Position numbers and translations under genes: made by a program. Under the pieces are notes generated by a model that saw only the letters and a program-made list of their open reading frames with translations, made no database searches and was not told the DNA's origin. A DNA stretch of 64,000 nucleotides from Phoronis australis. Lineage: Eukaryota; Animalia; Phoronida. Shown piece by piece: positions 1-13,651 of the stretch. Location of the stretch: assembly GCA_002633005.1 (NCBI GenBank), contig NMRA01000185.1:531399-595398 (forward strand). Direction: 5' to 3'. The first letter of the stretch is position 1; each line of letters begins with the position of its first letter.

Positions 1-1038
1 ATGATGCGCGTCATTAATTCAGTAAGAGCTGTATTTACCTGAACTTCAGTCCTATTACACAAAGAGTTCAGACTCAAAAAAACAAAAAAACAGGAATACC
101 TACTCCAGATAAAAAAGTAACTATTAAATTTGATCTTTTTTTAAAGTTTCTCTGTATTACCCACTATATTTCTGTTCCGCATTAGAACTAGGATTATGTC
201 AGGCATAAAAGCACTTGGGAAATTTATTTTTATCCTACGTATAAGCGAACGAAATACTTAGCCTGATGGGATGAATAGGAGGACGGTTACGACTTAACGC
301 ACAAACTGACCAGACAATTGAGTATACTGTCCTCTTGATTCTCACCTTCGTTTGACACACCCGTTGTCGTTAATCACTTCACATGATTTTAACCTCATTA
401 TGCCCACCATCATCCTTCTAGTAATCATGGTTTAAAAATGCTATTTTTATTTTTTATTTTTGACGCGATCAATTTAACTCATAGCTTATTCTAAACAACA
501 GACCCAAGCCCTATATTAGCTAAGGGACCAATCCATTGTCACCACAATCATTATCATTATCATCATCATCATCAATTCTTCACATTTCAAAGACTTCCAA
601 CATGGTTATGAAGATCACTGGCAGTGCAAGTTTAGATTCATGTATTTTTGTTTATTTACAAACATGTCAACATGTCAAAACTTATTGCACTGAGTGACAT
701 GACAGAAATGACTTTCCTTACAAGTTAATATCATCTCATCTGTCTTTTTTTGTTAAATCTTGTCCTATCTGTCCCCATTTGTAATGAAATTCCTAACTTA
801 GATAGAAGTATGCGACTATTGGAATAATTCACCCTGCAGTTCCAATTCTCTCTAAGCAAATGTTTCGTAGGCCAGCTGTATTAATTAAGAATGCTTTCAA
901 AATTGTTGTGGATGCACCATGTACCTTTTGTGTTTTGTTGATCATTTTTTAGCACAATGACTATGCCAGCCAAGAGCATAAAGAGAACGTTTCCTTAAAA
1001 CTGCGTTAATGATAAATACATCTTGGTGGATTCAGGAG

Positions 1039-2958
1039 CAGTGACTCATCTAGCGGCCGTCTTGGCCGTTCTTGGGACGGCCCTTTTAAAAAAATGACGG
1101 CTTTGGACGGCACGGCCATGACGGAAAAGACAGCCTGTTACAAGACAACCTCGGCAAAAATGAAGGCTAAACGAAGAATTTTAACATTTATTGTTAATAA
1201 ATTTTATTGTAAACTACAATTCATTGTTTAAGTTTGCTAATTAACTCGATATTAGAAACTTTTGGGATGTATTTTTACTATAAATGCTCCAATGACGATC
1301 GGCAAATACTGGCAGCCATCTTCGGGGAATACCTTCCTGTTCTGTGACGTCAAGGTGACTTTATACGGAATCCCCCGCACGGCTAGTGTCGAGAAACATT
1401 AGTAACCCGGAGATGGACACTTAATCTTTGAAACTGAAGAACCCACACCCGCGGAAGTTGAAGCGGCACTCGATGTATTCGACAGAGCAGCCAATTTGAT
1501 ATAGCTGAGAACGTATACTTCGAAAAAAAGTGATACATGCCAAAATTCTAGCACTGACCTGCCGTACAAATGCCATCAATGTCGTTGAGCATGCAAACCA
1601 GATAATACTTAGCGCAAACTTCCTTAATTTGTTCGCAATTAGTTCCGTTCCAACTTGAACGAATGAATGAAAAAATATCAAAAAATACGTATGGCTGAAT
1701 GACGTATATTGATGCACGAGAATGCAGCACAAACTCTACGAGAAAAAATGTAGTGTAATGTTGGTTAAGAATTCAATGACTAACTTAGTATGAAAGTAAA
1801 TGACTCGAAATACTTCAACTTTTTGAGGAATTCCATGATTATTGGGCGATTCGACTTTATCCTCTGTGTGTGGCAATGCATGCCGTATATGGAAAAAAGT
1901 AGGTCGGCCAGTCACGTGCACAATACCTGTTACTTCGGCTCTGAACCAGGCCGTGGGCTTTGAATCTTAAACTGCGAGAAAAGAATGGTTCTTTTTAAGA
2001 ATAAATTTCTTGTAGCGTAACTATGAAAGACTGTGATTGACTTTCGACCTGGTAAGTTTCATATTCAACAAAGCGTCCACTTATAATGCACTGCAGAAGA
2101 CGTTAACAACTATGATGTCCCCGGCGACCACTGGCGACGCTCGTAGCCAAACGACTTGAAATTTACGAGTACCTAAAGCGCTCGGAAAAATGTTTAGAAA
2201 CGTAAAAATACGAATGCCAAATTCAAACACGGAGTTTCGACGTTTTTTTTGGTCATGATCCTTTACGAAGCCAAGTCCGGGTGTACAAGTCCGGGTGTAC
2301 AAGTGCGAGTGCACATATGCCATCACTCCTATTTTCCAGCAGACATTTTCGCCCATGTTGAGCACTGGTGGTGGGCCAGAGTTGAATTTGTTGAGGATAT
2401 GGTCTTGTTCAGTATAGACTTGTGAATTGCAGAACTGTGCGATGTAATGAAACGTAGACATGTACTCTAGGATATATTTCTTCATGTCCTTTCGAATGCA
2501 AATTCATTGTCTTCTCATAATTTTAAATGGTTTCTCAAATGCATTAAAGTAGTAGGCCTACACTTCTCTTTTGAGAGCTTCAAGATACATTGAGTCATGT
2601 ACTCATGCTGTGGATTATCTGTCTAACATGCAACTCTACACAGATTATATTACTAAAAAGATTTACAGATCTTGATTTTTGCAGTCTAGTGACAATACAC
2701 ACATCGTGAATGGAACAAACTTCCTAATTTTTGTTTAGTTTCCCTATGTTCCGTTCTTTGAACAAGAAAAAGACGTGCAAACAGTATGCTAAATAAAATG
2801 CAAGGAAATGACCTTTTTTATTTTTAAGTAACAATTTTTTCCTCAGTGGGTGGGGGGAATCCCCCCCATCAGCGCTGCGCGCCTCATATTTGCGCCTTGC
2901 ACGACTTGTCAGACTTACGAATTTGGACCCCAATTTTCAAATCCTAGATGAGTCCCTG
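1039..2958. mobile_element. Non-autonomous hAT-like DNA transposon (1.92 kb)
   Basis: TIRs CAGTGACTCATCTAG (1039-1053) and CTAGATGAGTCCCTG (2944-2958) match at 14/15. Exact 8-bp direct TSD TTCAGGAG at 1031-1038 and 2959-2966. Clustered GACGG subterminal motifs at the left end. CAG termini plus an 8-bp TSD are hAT hallmarks. No intact transposase ORF. Confidence 0.88.
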
Positions 2959-3709
2959 TTCAGGAGGTAAAGTGATGCCAATTGAAAGGTTTATTAAATG
3001 CAGGCAGTTTTTTTCTTGAAAATTGTGGTTGCTTCCCCCATGCACCCTGTGACTCAACCCCAGATCTGCAATGGCCGAGACACGACTGATGCCTTCAGAA
3101 CACCTCAGATATTGTCATACCCTCTAACTTCACATCAGCAGTCGACATTAATATCTGCACATGTGGGACTTGTCATATGACTCAAATCATACTATGAATC
3201 ACTGGCCCCATGATTTAAGTTCACACATAACATACACAGATGACTATCACCTACAAAAAACTTGGGAACTACCCGAAGTGCTTCCAATGTGATCTGGCCT
3301 ACACAAGAATAGTACCATATGCTTGTACATTAGATAAATTCACTTTTCTCATCACCTGATGAATGTACGTCACCTCCAAGATGCACAAACACCCAAGACA
3401 ACACAAATGGATGGCAAGCCTAAACACTTTATTTGGCGCTTATAATCTAAAAATTTTCAAAGCAAGTTTTAACTTGTCCACACATTATTTGTACACCAGA
3501 GGTCACATTTTCCCTTCTATCACCATAAAACTAACAAAAATCATGCATCTCATGAAAAGCTAGAGTCTACGTTTTTTCAGCAAATTCTCAACAAAAATGG
3601 TGCAAACATCATCATATTTTGAATAATCAACGTGAAATTTACATAGAATACGTATAATGTGAAAAGCTTGAGGCTTACTCTAGCTTTGAGGTGAAATCTG
3701 GGGTGGCTA

Positions 3710-4401
3710 GTTTTTAAATAGTTGTTTGCAGAGCTCTATTGCTCAATGGTTCTTTGAGGGAATCTTCTGAAATTTAGAACAAGGACAGGTCTCGTCATAG
3801 CTATCTGGATGGAATGTGTCATCCATTTTTCACCACAAATTCCTGGAACCATTGTTATGGTAGATTATCCAAGGACTCCTCTTCAATTGATTGATTTCTC
3901 AGAGCTGTCGCTGGCACCACTTCACTGATGTTTCTGAAATCTGTTTCTCCATGGTGGTTTCTGCCTGCATTGTCATCAATGCTTGTGGCTTAGTGATTGG
4001 TTAGACAACTGAGTGTGTTGTTACTGTCATCAGTGTTGGAGATGGTTTCATGGTTTTTGTAAATGTTGTCAGTATTGCTGGCAGCACTTTCGGTGTTGTT
4101 GACAGTGTCGGTGGCTGTGCAATGGCCTCCGAGGTCGTCCTTCATGCTGTCAATGATTACACGAGCTTTGAATTTTGAGGAGTCTCTACTTTCACTGTCA
4201 TCCATATAAAGCATTATGTCATTCTATCACAGAGCTTTCACTGTTTCTGATCGTCTCCATGAATAGGGGGTTTAAATCCCCCTCTCCTAACTCCATTGAC
4301 CAATCAAATATTCTGGAAGGTTGACATGGCTGACCTGGGTTAAGAAACGAGAGTGAATCACGTGCTACTGCATCCCTTGGGTGACAAAAACCAACCACTA
4401 G
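3710..4401 (-). pseudogene. Decayed coding-like exon (S/T/N/D/E-rich), family unknown
   Basis: Acceptor TTTTTACTTTGTCAG at 4402-4416, then a protein-like frame (LVVGFCHPRDAV...; MLYMDDSESRDSSK...; ATSIDDNAGRNHHGETDFRNISEVVP...) broken by one frameshift near 4215 and several in-frame stops. Confidence 0.35.
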
Positions 4402-4475
4402 CTGACAAAGTAAAAACACTTTGTGCTCACCTTATTTATTAGCACAGAAACAATTTCCGATCTCCACAATAACTA

Positions 4476-6107
4476 CCGTAATCGCCGTAATAACTGCCCA
4501 GGGCGCTTAGAAAAGTTCGTTTCAGGGGGACCATACTGGGCAGGTGCTCAGAGATTTTGGTTGGGGTAATCATCTTGTTTATCAATAGATCTATTTCTAT
4601 TCAGAATGTTTATAGGCACAACACAAAAGACCTCCCCCAAGCTATTGTGAGAGTATTTACAATATACCCTACCAGGTAAAATAAGGCAGTTTTAGTGAGG
4701 TTTGCACTCTCAACCAGAATGGACAATTTTCAGTGACTTGTTATGCTGGGAGCTAAGTTGTGAATGACCTTTTCCACAAGTGCGAGAATTTAGCCAAATA
4801 TGGCTATGGGCATGGAACATCGGGCCTTAGGGGAATATTGAGCCACGGAAATATCGGGATAGAACACCGCTGTTCTTATTATAGCCCAAAGTGGTTGAAA
4901 CCCGGTCTCCGAAACAGGTGAAATTGTAAGCTAGAATTCATGAAATTTACGCATCTTTAACCTAAGACAGTTTCTACAAAATTGCAGTGCATTGCTATCA
5001 AAATTTGTTGTTAAAGCAAGAGCATAGTTTCAGAAAATCCCAGTGCGAAAACCTGCCGACTAATGCATCGCTGCCTCGCAATCGTCGATAGGTTAACTTG
5101 AATTCATGAGTAAAAATATAGTTTCGACTCAACTAATTACTTAAGTCCTCCTTAAGTTTTCAAAATAGCGTCCCTAACATTTTTAAGTTCCCGTGGAGTC
5201 GGAATTTAATCCATATTAAGTCCATATCTGCGCTAGATCGTACTCTGCAACTCCAGAAAGTCTCTGGACGAACACACATGTTGTTGTCACATGATGTTTA
5301 TTTGAAGTTCTTCTGTGTGTGTGAGTGAACGAGTGCGTGCGTGTCATCAGAGCTCATTTGCCAGAGTGAGCGCGATGTAACGATCGGGAGATACGGGGGT
5401 ATAAGGGTGCGGAAGTTTTCACTATCAGTTTGTCATTTTGACTTTAAAAACCCCAATTACGATTAATTCCTCATAAAAATAACGCAAACGTTTTTACGAT
5501 AGTAGAAACTTTCGGAAATAAGTGCCAGTATAGATTTCTTGCCAATGCTATGCTACCCCTTTCATGAATGGATAGGTCCCGAAGACTAATATTCGATGAC
5601 AGGTACTTGTATGTAAGCGCGCGCTTCTTGGCCACGTGCCTTTAACTAAAGTCAAGTTTTTATTAGTCTTCGATTCGCAGTTTTCACATATACAGAAAAT
5701 TTAGATTCCTGTTGAGGGAGTAGATCTGTGCGGGGAAAGATACTGTAATACCACTATCCCGTTGACAAGTACACTCTGAAAGGCCAGACCATAATTGAAC
5801 ACGTCCCTCACGATATCAGCTAAACTTTAGCGTTCTTTTTAAAGCACGGCGGAAGTTTGGAGTGTATATTCAAGCTAATACCGACATAGCAGCGAGGCTC
5901 GTGGTCTACAAATTTCGAACACAATGACTTTTTTCAGGACTGTCCATTCTTATTGATAAATTGAAGATGTTACTATACAATTTTAACTCTAGGTAAGGCA
6001 TTTTTCGCAAGCACGACAGCATTCATGCACTGGGCGCTTATTTTAGCAGTCAGAAAATGCTAGGGGGACGCTTATAGGGGCATGGGGGCTTATTAGGACG
6101 AATTCGG
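4476..6107 (+). mobile_element. Tc2/pogo-like non-autonomous element, family A copy 1 (extra segment ~4531-4870)
   Basis: Starts TA|CCGTAATCGCCGTAATAACTGCCC and ends GACGAATTCGG|TA. Internal sequence is collinear with the copies at 6710-8163, 9681-11057 and 33757-35146. Confidence 0.75.
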
Positions 6108-6709
6108 TAGTTAATCTCTCCAACATGTGAAGCTTGCACGCGCGCACTTCTGCCCTGTTGCCATATGAGAATACGTAGCAATCCAGGTGGAGCGCTGCAT
6201 GGTCACTTGTCGTCTGCGCACTACAGTTGGTTGTCAATGGGCAAGAAAATAGTTCTCACTCAATTCCAAGAAATGCGAAATAAGTAACCGTTTCTTGGCC
6301 CTGTTACACAAAAAGTAACATATCAAGCTTTAACCGACCATTTTTGTCAACTGAATGGGACCGCATCACAATTGGGCATTAATATATGGCTTCTCATGAC
6401 GTGCAATATATTTATGAATTGAAAAGTTGTGCATCAAATTTCACCGTTCAAACGCAAACAGAGATGTTTTTGATCGACAATTTTAAAGGTATACATGAAA
6501 TTAAGAATAAAGGGCTAAATTTGTGAGTATGACAATCTCGTTCTCTGCAAGCACCGGTTTATGTTAAGCAATCAGGTAATCCCCAGCCTGGTGTGTTGGC
6601 TGACTCACAATAGCTCTATTGAAACTATTGTGAGGAAGCTGTATTCATGAGCAACTGGCAGTAACAAGTGGTTAGTTGCAGGTGTTTTCGGACCACACTG
6701 ACCCTTATG

Positions 6710-8163
6710 GCTTATCATAACCCAAGATCAATGAAACCCGGTCTCCGAAACAGGTGAAATCGGAATCTAAGATTCATTATATTTACCCTGACATATCTGT
6801 AATCCATGAAAGACTTTCTACAAAACCGTGGTGCATTGCTATCAAATTTTGCTGCTAAATTACGATCATTTCATAGAAAATTGTGCTGAAATCTCAAGGC
6901 GAAAACTCGCCGACTGCCTGCCTCACAATCGTCGATATCATGGCGGCTTGAATGCTTGAATAAAAATAGTTTTGACTCATGCAAATTACCTGAAATCCTA
7001 CTTAAGTTTTCCAAGTAGCGTCCCTAAGATTTTTAAATTCCCGTGGAGTCGGGATCACGGCAGGTTTAAGTACAAATCTGTGCTATATCGTGCCATCTAC
7101 ATGAATGATCGGCCACACGAGAAAAATGTTTGGACGAACACACATGTTGTTGTCACGTGACCCTTGTTTTGAAGTTGTCTGCGTTTGTGAGAAAGCGAGA
7201 GCGTGCGTGTCACCTGTTCATTTGCCAGAGCAGAGACCGTCTTTTGGCCAGAGCCACGCAATCTAACGAGCTAGATGTGCATTGTATCCAAAGAAATTTG
7301 CACAAGCAGTAGGCCTAAACCAGAGCGTGTTTCATTCAGCACTTGCCGGTCTCACGTGCTAAAAACGTTCGACATTTGTCTCGGTTAGGCCAATTTAGTC
7401 GCCGTGTGGCTGGATGCGTACGTGACTATCTGACAGTTATTTTTTGTTGTAAGGGTGTGTAAGCATTCACTGTCAGTGGTTATTTTATCGGATATTTGGC
7501 TTAAAAACACCAATTATGGTTAATCAAACAATTCATTTTAAAAATAACGCAAACATTTTTTATAGTGTGAGAAACTGTCGGAAATTAGTGCCAATATTCA
7601 TTTCTTGCCGACGCTATGCTACCCGTTTCATGAATGGATAGTTCCCGACTAATGCCTTTGATGACAGGTTCATGTATGTAGCGCACACTTCCTGGCTACG
7701 TGCTTTTAACACTGGCCAGGATTTTTGGTAGTCTTCGATTCATGGCTTTCAGGTGTAGGCCTACAAAGAAATTTGGATTCCAGTGTTGAAAGCGGAAAAA
7801 ATCTACAAAGCAATCCGTAGACAAGTATACTACTTCTGTCCTGAAAGGCCAGACTATTAGTCCTTGGAATACCAGCTGAACTTTTGTGTTCGTTTTGAGG
7901 CATAGTGGAAGTTTGAAGGGTATACTCACGGCTAAATACAGACATAATAGCGAGGCTCGTGGTCTACAAATTCTGCGCACAATTTTTTTCAGGACTGTCG
8001 GATATTATTGACAAATTGAAGACGTTACTGTAGAATTTTAGGACTGCAGGTAAGGCATTTTTCACACGTACACGTTCATGGACTGGGCGTTTCTTTTACC
8101 AAAGTCTGAAAACGCATGGGGGGGCGCTTATAGGGGCATGGGCGGTCACTATGGCGAATACGG
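6710..8163 (+). mobile_element. Tc2/pogo-like family A copy 2 (no adjacent left terminus; may be the outer element of a nest starting at 4476)
   Basis: Begins CTTATCATAACCCAAG...GAAACCCGGTCTCCGAAAC and ends GGGCGGTCACTATGGCGAATACGG|TA. Clearly similar to the reverse complement of 9681-11057. Confidence 0.8.
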
Positions 8164-9680
8164 TAATTTGACTCAGTTTGTCCTTTTGGACAAGTCTACA
8201 TCAATTCAACTACAAAGACTACATTACTATTTGTCAGTGTTGAATCATGTGTATATGACTGACACATATTACACCATCTTTATCTTTAAGCATCAACTAT
8301 TGGAAATAATTTTCCAACCATTTGGCTACAAAATATTTTTCCTCTCCAGCTCGAACTCCTTATTGCCAGGCAGTTGTACTTTCTGACTGAGAACTCTTCA
8401 GAGCTTAAAAAACGTGATGAAACTCAAAGACATCATTACACATTATAAAGGAGACAAATGGATTAACTGCCTCGTCAATGTCGTGATAGACGTGGACTTG
8501 AAAACCTTAATAATTTGCTGCAATTATTGTTAACAACTCATGTACTGTTAACTAGCTGGCTTTCTGAAACTTTTTGTGTTTTGATCAAATATGTCTAAAA
8601 AGATCGATCTGTGACAACCATGCAGTCATAAGCTGAACTGAGCTCGAGTTTTCTTATAAACGAAGCCAGCATCAGTCACTAGTGGGAAGTCCTTTTTGAT
8701 TTTGATTTCCTCTACATTGTAAATAGGTTATAGAAAGTGTTTTGCACATGCATGCAGTTAAGACAGAATTAAATTTAGTGTAAATCAGTTTTTGGCCACA
8801 GTAAGATTAAAAACCTGACGATCACTTGTTGTCCTAAATTGTTATAAATAAAATCCTGATGATGCCTATTGAATAGACAGAACGTTGATTTAACATGAAC
8901 GTTTTTTCTTTGTGCAGCGATCGTCCGGTTTTTAACTTTAGTGTATGACTGAACAGTTTTTTTAAGTTGTGTGTTCGCACAACAGTTTGAAAAATCATCT
9001 TGTCCACATACATTTCGTTGTCCTGGAAGTTCTGGAAAATGATTAATGTCAACTCAAAACGTTCCATTAAAATTCCAGGGACATAATGTTTAGGCAAATC
9101 CAATTAACAAAACAATAAAGGCTCTAAACAATACACAGCAGGTGTTAGAATGACAGGTTACTACACAAGCGGTGAACTTCTGATCAAATTTTCAACCATT
9201 AATAGGGGCATGCCTATAATAAAATTCGTGAATAATGACTGTGTGGAAAAATGTAACCTAATTATTGATTATTAATGGGTCAAGTGGTCCTACTATTAAT
9301 ATAATAATTTGAATGAGCTGTATGCATGCTCACATGTGTTGTAAGCAAGACTTCCAAATGATAAAGATTGAGCAAAATCACCCAAGCAGAACTTCGGAAG
9401 GAAACAAACTGATATAAAGGGAAAACAACCCAAAGCTAAGGTAAAAAATACAACTTCTGATTTTAAGAACAATAGCTGTTACAAAAGTGATCTCATCTTG
9501 TTCCTTACTAAGGGTTAGAAATGGTTTCTTAAGGCTTGAAAAAGACAAGTTCCCAGCAGATACTTCACAGTTCTAATCTATTCTGGCCCATGATTGGTCC
9601 AAAAAATGATGTGTATTAACTTAAGTACGAAGGCTGACCTCCCAAAAAGGGCACAGATTGATGATCCCCTAAACTCAATA

Positions 9681-11057
9681 CCATATTCACTGTAATAACC
9701 GCCCATGCCCCAATAAACGCCCTCCCATGCGTTTTCAGACTTCGCTGAAATAAGCGCCCAGTCCATGAACGTGTACAAGCGATCAATGACGTACCTACAG
9801 TCCTAAAACTCGGCTGCAGTAACGTCTTCAATTTATCAAAAAATTTTTTGCACGGGTCTTCTAGACCACCAGCGGCACTGCTACCTTTGTATTTAGTCGT
9901 GACTTTACACTTCAAAGTAACGTAGCGCTTCAAAAAGAACGCAACACCGTTGCTACGCTCTCGTGACGACCGTGTCCCACTATGGTCTGACCTTTCAGTA
10001 GACACATCGACTGTCTCATGAATAAAAATAACTCGGTGTTAAACGCACGTGGCCAGGAAGCGCGCGCTACATATGTGAACCTGTCATCAAAGACATTAGT
10101 CGGGAACTATCCATTCATGAATCGGGTAGCATAGCATTGATAAGAAATGAATATTGGCACTAATTTCTGACAATTTCTAATACTATAAAACATGTTTGCA
10201 TTATTTTTGAGATGGATTGTTTGATTAACCATAATTAATGTTTTTAAGCTGAATATCCGATAAAATGACAACTGACAGTGAATGCTTACACACCCTTACA
10301 CCGAAAAATAACTGTCAGATAGTTACGTACGCATCCAGCTACACCGCGACTAATATGGGCCTTACCGAGACAAATGTTGTAAGTTTTTAGCACGAGACCG
10401 GCTTGTGCAAATTTCTTTAGACACATCTAGCTAGTTAGATTGCGTGGCTCTGGCTAAGGCTAAAAGACAGTCTCTGCTATGGCAAATGAACTCTGGTGAC
10501 ACGCACGCGCTCGCTTACTCGCAGACGAACTTCAAAACAAACGTCACGTGACAACATGTGTGTTTGTCCAGACATTTTTCTCGCCATGTTGCCGATCATA
10601 CATGTAGATGGCACGTTCTTGCAGATTTGTACTTAAACCTGCCGTTAATCCAAACTCCACGGGAACTTAAAAAATCTTAGAGACGCTACTTATAAAACTT
10701 AATGAGGATTTGAGGTAATTTGGTTGAGTCGAAACCATTTTTATTCAAGCATTAAAGTCGCCATATCGAAGACGGCGATTTCGAGGCAGTCAGTCGGCGA
10801 GTTTTCGCCCTGGGATTTCAGCAAAATTTTGTGTAAAATGATCGTAATTTAGCAGCAAAGTTTGATACCAATGCACCACAGCTTTGTTGAAAGTCTTTCA
10901 TAGATTACATATATGTCACAGAGCGTGAATTTGATGAATCTTAGCTTTTGATTTCACCAGTTTCGGAGACCGGGTTTCAACCGCCTTGGGTTATAATAAG
11001 CGCCCCCCTGAACCGAACTTTTCTAAGCGCCCTGGGCGGTTATTACTGCGAATACGG
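9681..11057 (-). mobile_element. Tc2/pogo-like family A copy 3, both ends present (1.38 kb)
   Basis: TA|CCATATTCACTGTAATAACCGCCC ... GGGCGGTTATTACTGCGAATACGG|TA: ~24-bp imperfect TIRs with TA on both sides. Confidence 0.88.
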
Positions 11058-11223
11058 TAATCGTCTTACTTTTTTAATTTCACGTAACAGTAACACCTTG
11101 ATAAGCTCGCACTTAGCATATACTACACTGGTGTCAGTTTGTAATAAAATGTTCTATAATGATGCGAACCACACATGATAGACTACCACTTTAAAATTTC
11201 ACAGCATTCTTTGGGGGTATCAC

Positions 11224-11389
11224 CTAAAATACTCTGATGAACAGTGGTGTGCACATGAGTCCAGTCCCTCATCAAGTTGGGCTGTTCACTCTGGTTACAC
11301 AATTGAGGTTAGGAGGTATCAGCAAAGATACTGCAGTTGCATGTCCCACTTTCCTTCTGTTGTAGTCGAGTCTATATTTAGGCAAAGAT
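11224..11389 (-). other. Candidate non-coding or pseudogene exon
   Basis: Acceptor TTTTGTAG and donor TAG|GTGATA. All three frames contain stops. Confidence 0.25.
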
Positions 11390-13651
11390 CTACAAAACTA
11401 TAGAATTGAGCTCAGTAGAAGTAAACATACAAATATTTTCTGAAAGTGGAAATTCCCTAGAATTTGATTTTTGACTTAACACCAATCTGCCATTAACTAA
11501 AGTCACCTGACCTTAACTTTTAACGCAAAAACAAAAGGACATTCATAATCAAACAAGAGGATCAGTAACATGTCCAAATATATCATATAAATGTTCAAAA
11601 TAAAATGTCAAAAAATGTGTCACAGTTTTCCAAGACAGAGCTTCCCTTTCATTTCATGCAACCTTAAAAATTTTTGATGAAAACCATAAAAGTGCTATTT
11701 TTGAAAGCTTCTCAAGCAAAAGTGGACCATTTTAAACACAATTCCTAAAAGCGTTTTGGAGAACATTATATTAAAGGTATAGTATCTGAAAATTTCAGGT
11801 GAAACCGACCAGCCATTTCTAAGGTACAATGTTCCAAAGCTGGCCCAAATTGGAAATTTTCTGATGCAAAAGATCAATTTCCAATAACAGATTTAGTTTT
11901 TATAGTATACAGTGTCTAAACAGGGAGATAATTTTTGACAATACAGTGAGTGTTTGAAAAACCAAACAACTGATGATTTCAATCATTACTTTAGTTTGAT
12001 TTAAGGAAATTTTACATCTGTTGGTCTCCTCATTTTCAGACGCCTTTCCACACAGTCAAGAGAAAGGGGAGTGGTGATATGCATCCAATATGTGCATTAC
12101 ATACTGCGCAGATAGAAGGGGTGGTCAATATTTTAATTATTCCCACCGGAGGAAGCAATACTGACAAACTTGAAACACTCTCTGGGAGGGGGGGGGGGTT
12201 AAAGCATAGTCAGCAATGTTCTCCATGGGAACACATCTGACACCATGTAAGACCTTATCGACAAGTTTAGGTAATCAGCCGAATATCTACATAACCATAG
12301 ACTTCATCTCAGTATTTTCTGAAAGCAGATAATTGAATTTTTCACCAATCTGGCATTAAGTGAGTCACGTGATTGTGTCTTTTAAGTAAAGTTTAGCAAA
12401 AATGGAAGAAGAACCAACAACAAAAACAACCGTATGAAGAAGATGACCACTGAAATACCACTGGCTATCCTATTATAGTCACAGGCCCACAACAATATTG
12501 TGACTATGTTAATGAAAACATGCCAGTAAACTTCACCTACTTAAAGATTATTTGAGACCAAAATTCTCCGTATATGAAACGAAAGATGTATGCTTATTAA
12601 GTGCGTGATTATCAAGTTGATGAAGATGTTTTTCTGAGAAACACTATTTTGTGCCTTCATTTAATGCTTTTGGCATTGGTGAGCAGCTGTTTGCAATGAT
12701 ACTAATCTTTTTTTATTAATCTTAGATATAATGAATTTTGCTGAATGCATCAAAAGAATAATTGCAGTAGTTCAAATACATGTACTTACATGTAACTAGA
12801 GTTCATGAATTGAAACTGCATGTGCATAAGTCAGACAAAATATTTAGAACTCATGGTGAATGTCATAACGATTCATGAGAAAGGGTCATTTTGTGCTCTA
12901 AATACCAAAATTAAAATTCCTTTTTGAGAGAATTTCCAACTGTATCGTAATTCTTCATTTGTTTATTACACAACAAGGCAACATGGTCGACAAGTGAAAT
13001 TTTGTCAAAATTTTTCCCAGATGAATGAACATTAAGAAAATTTAAGTCCTTTATTAGAAAGGTTTGTACTCAGTGCAGATCTAACTAAACCAACTACTGG
13101 TAATTTTTTTCATCATTTCCAGAAAAGAACCAGCTTTAGGAAAATGGAAAAATTACAATTTTGGAAGGTCTTTTGTGCGAAATAAGTGAATTACTGTAAA
13201 AATCTAAGACCTGTTTTCCATCGGAAATAGATTATGAAAATAAGAGTGCTAAAAAATAAAAGTTTTTACATTGACAAAGCATAAAATCGAAAGGCCTAAA
13301 AATAGCCAATGAAGATTTGTCACAGAATTGGAGTCTATCACTTGTACGTTTTGCATATAAAAAGTTGGGTATGAATTGGCAATGGCAGTTTTGAAAAATA
13401 GCATTATCAGATCATACAGTAACTGCACTGCACACTAATGGTTGGAGGCATAACCCTTGAAAAGAATTAACAATTTGTTTTTTACCGAGACCATCAGTCA
13501 GTTGCCACAAATCAGAAGCAAAATTACCCAACATTGCCTTCATGTTGTTTCTCTCATTTCACAATACAATACATAGGGATGAGATGAAGAAAATCCAGTT
13601 TATTAATTTTGACAATAAAAATAACAAAACTATGAACTAATGTGAAAACAC

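Noticed and set aside
1421-2485. Several minus-strand ORFs inside the hAT-like element as a transposase
   Set aside because: No BED finger, DDE or hATC motif is recognisable in any translation.
6972-7160. Similar peptides (SVPKIFKFPWSRDHGRF) here and at 34745-34954 suggesting a gene family
   Set aside because: They are the same non-coding transposon sequence in two copies.
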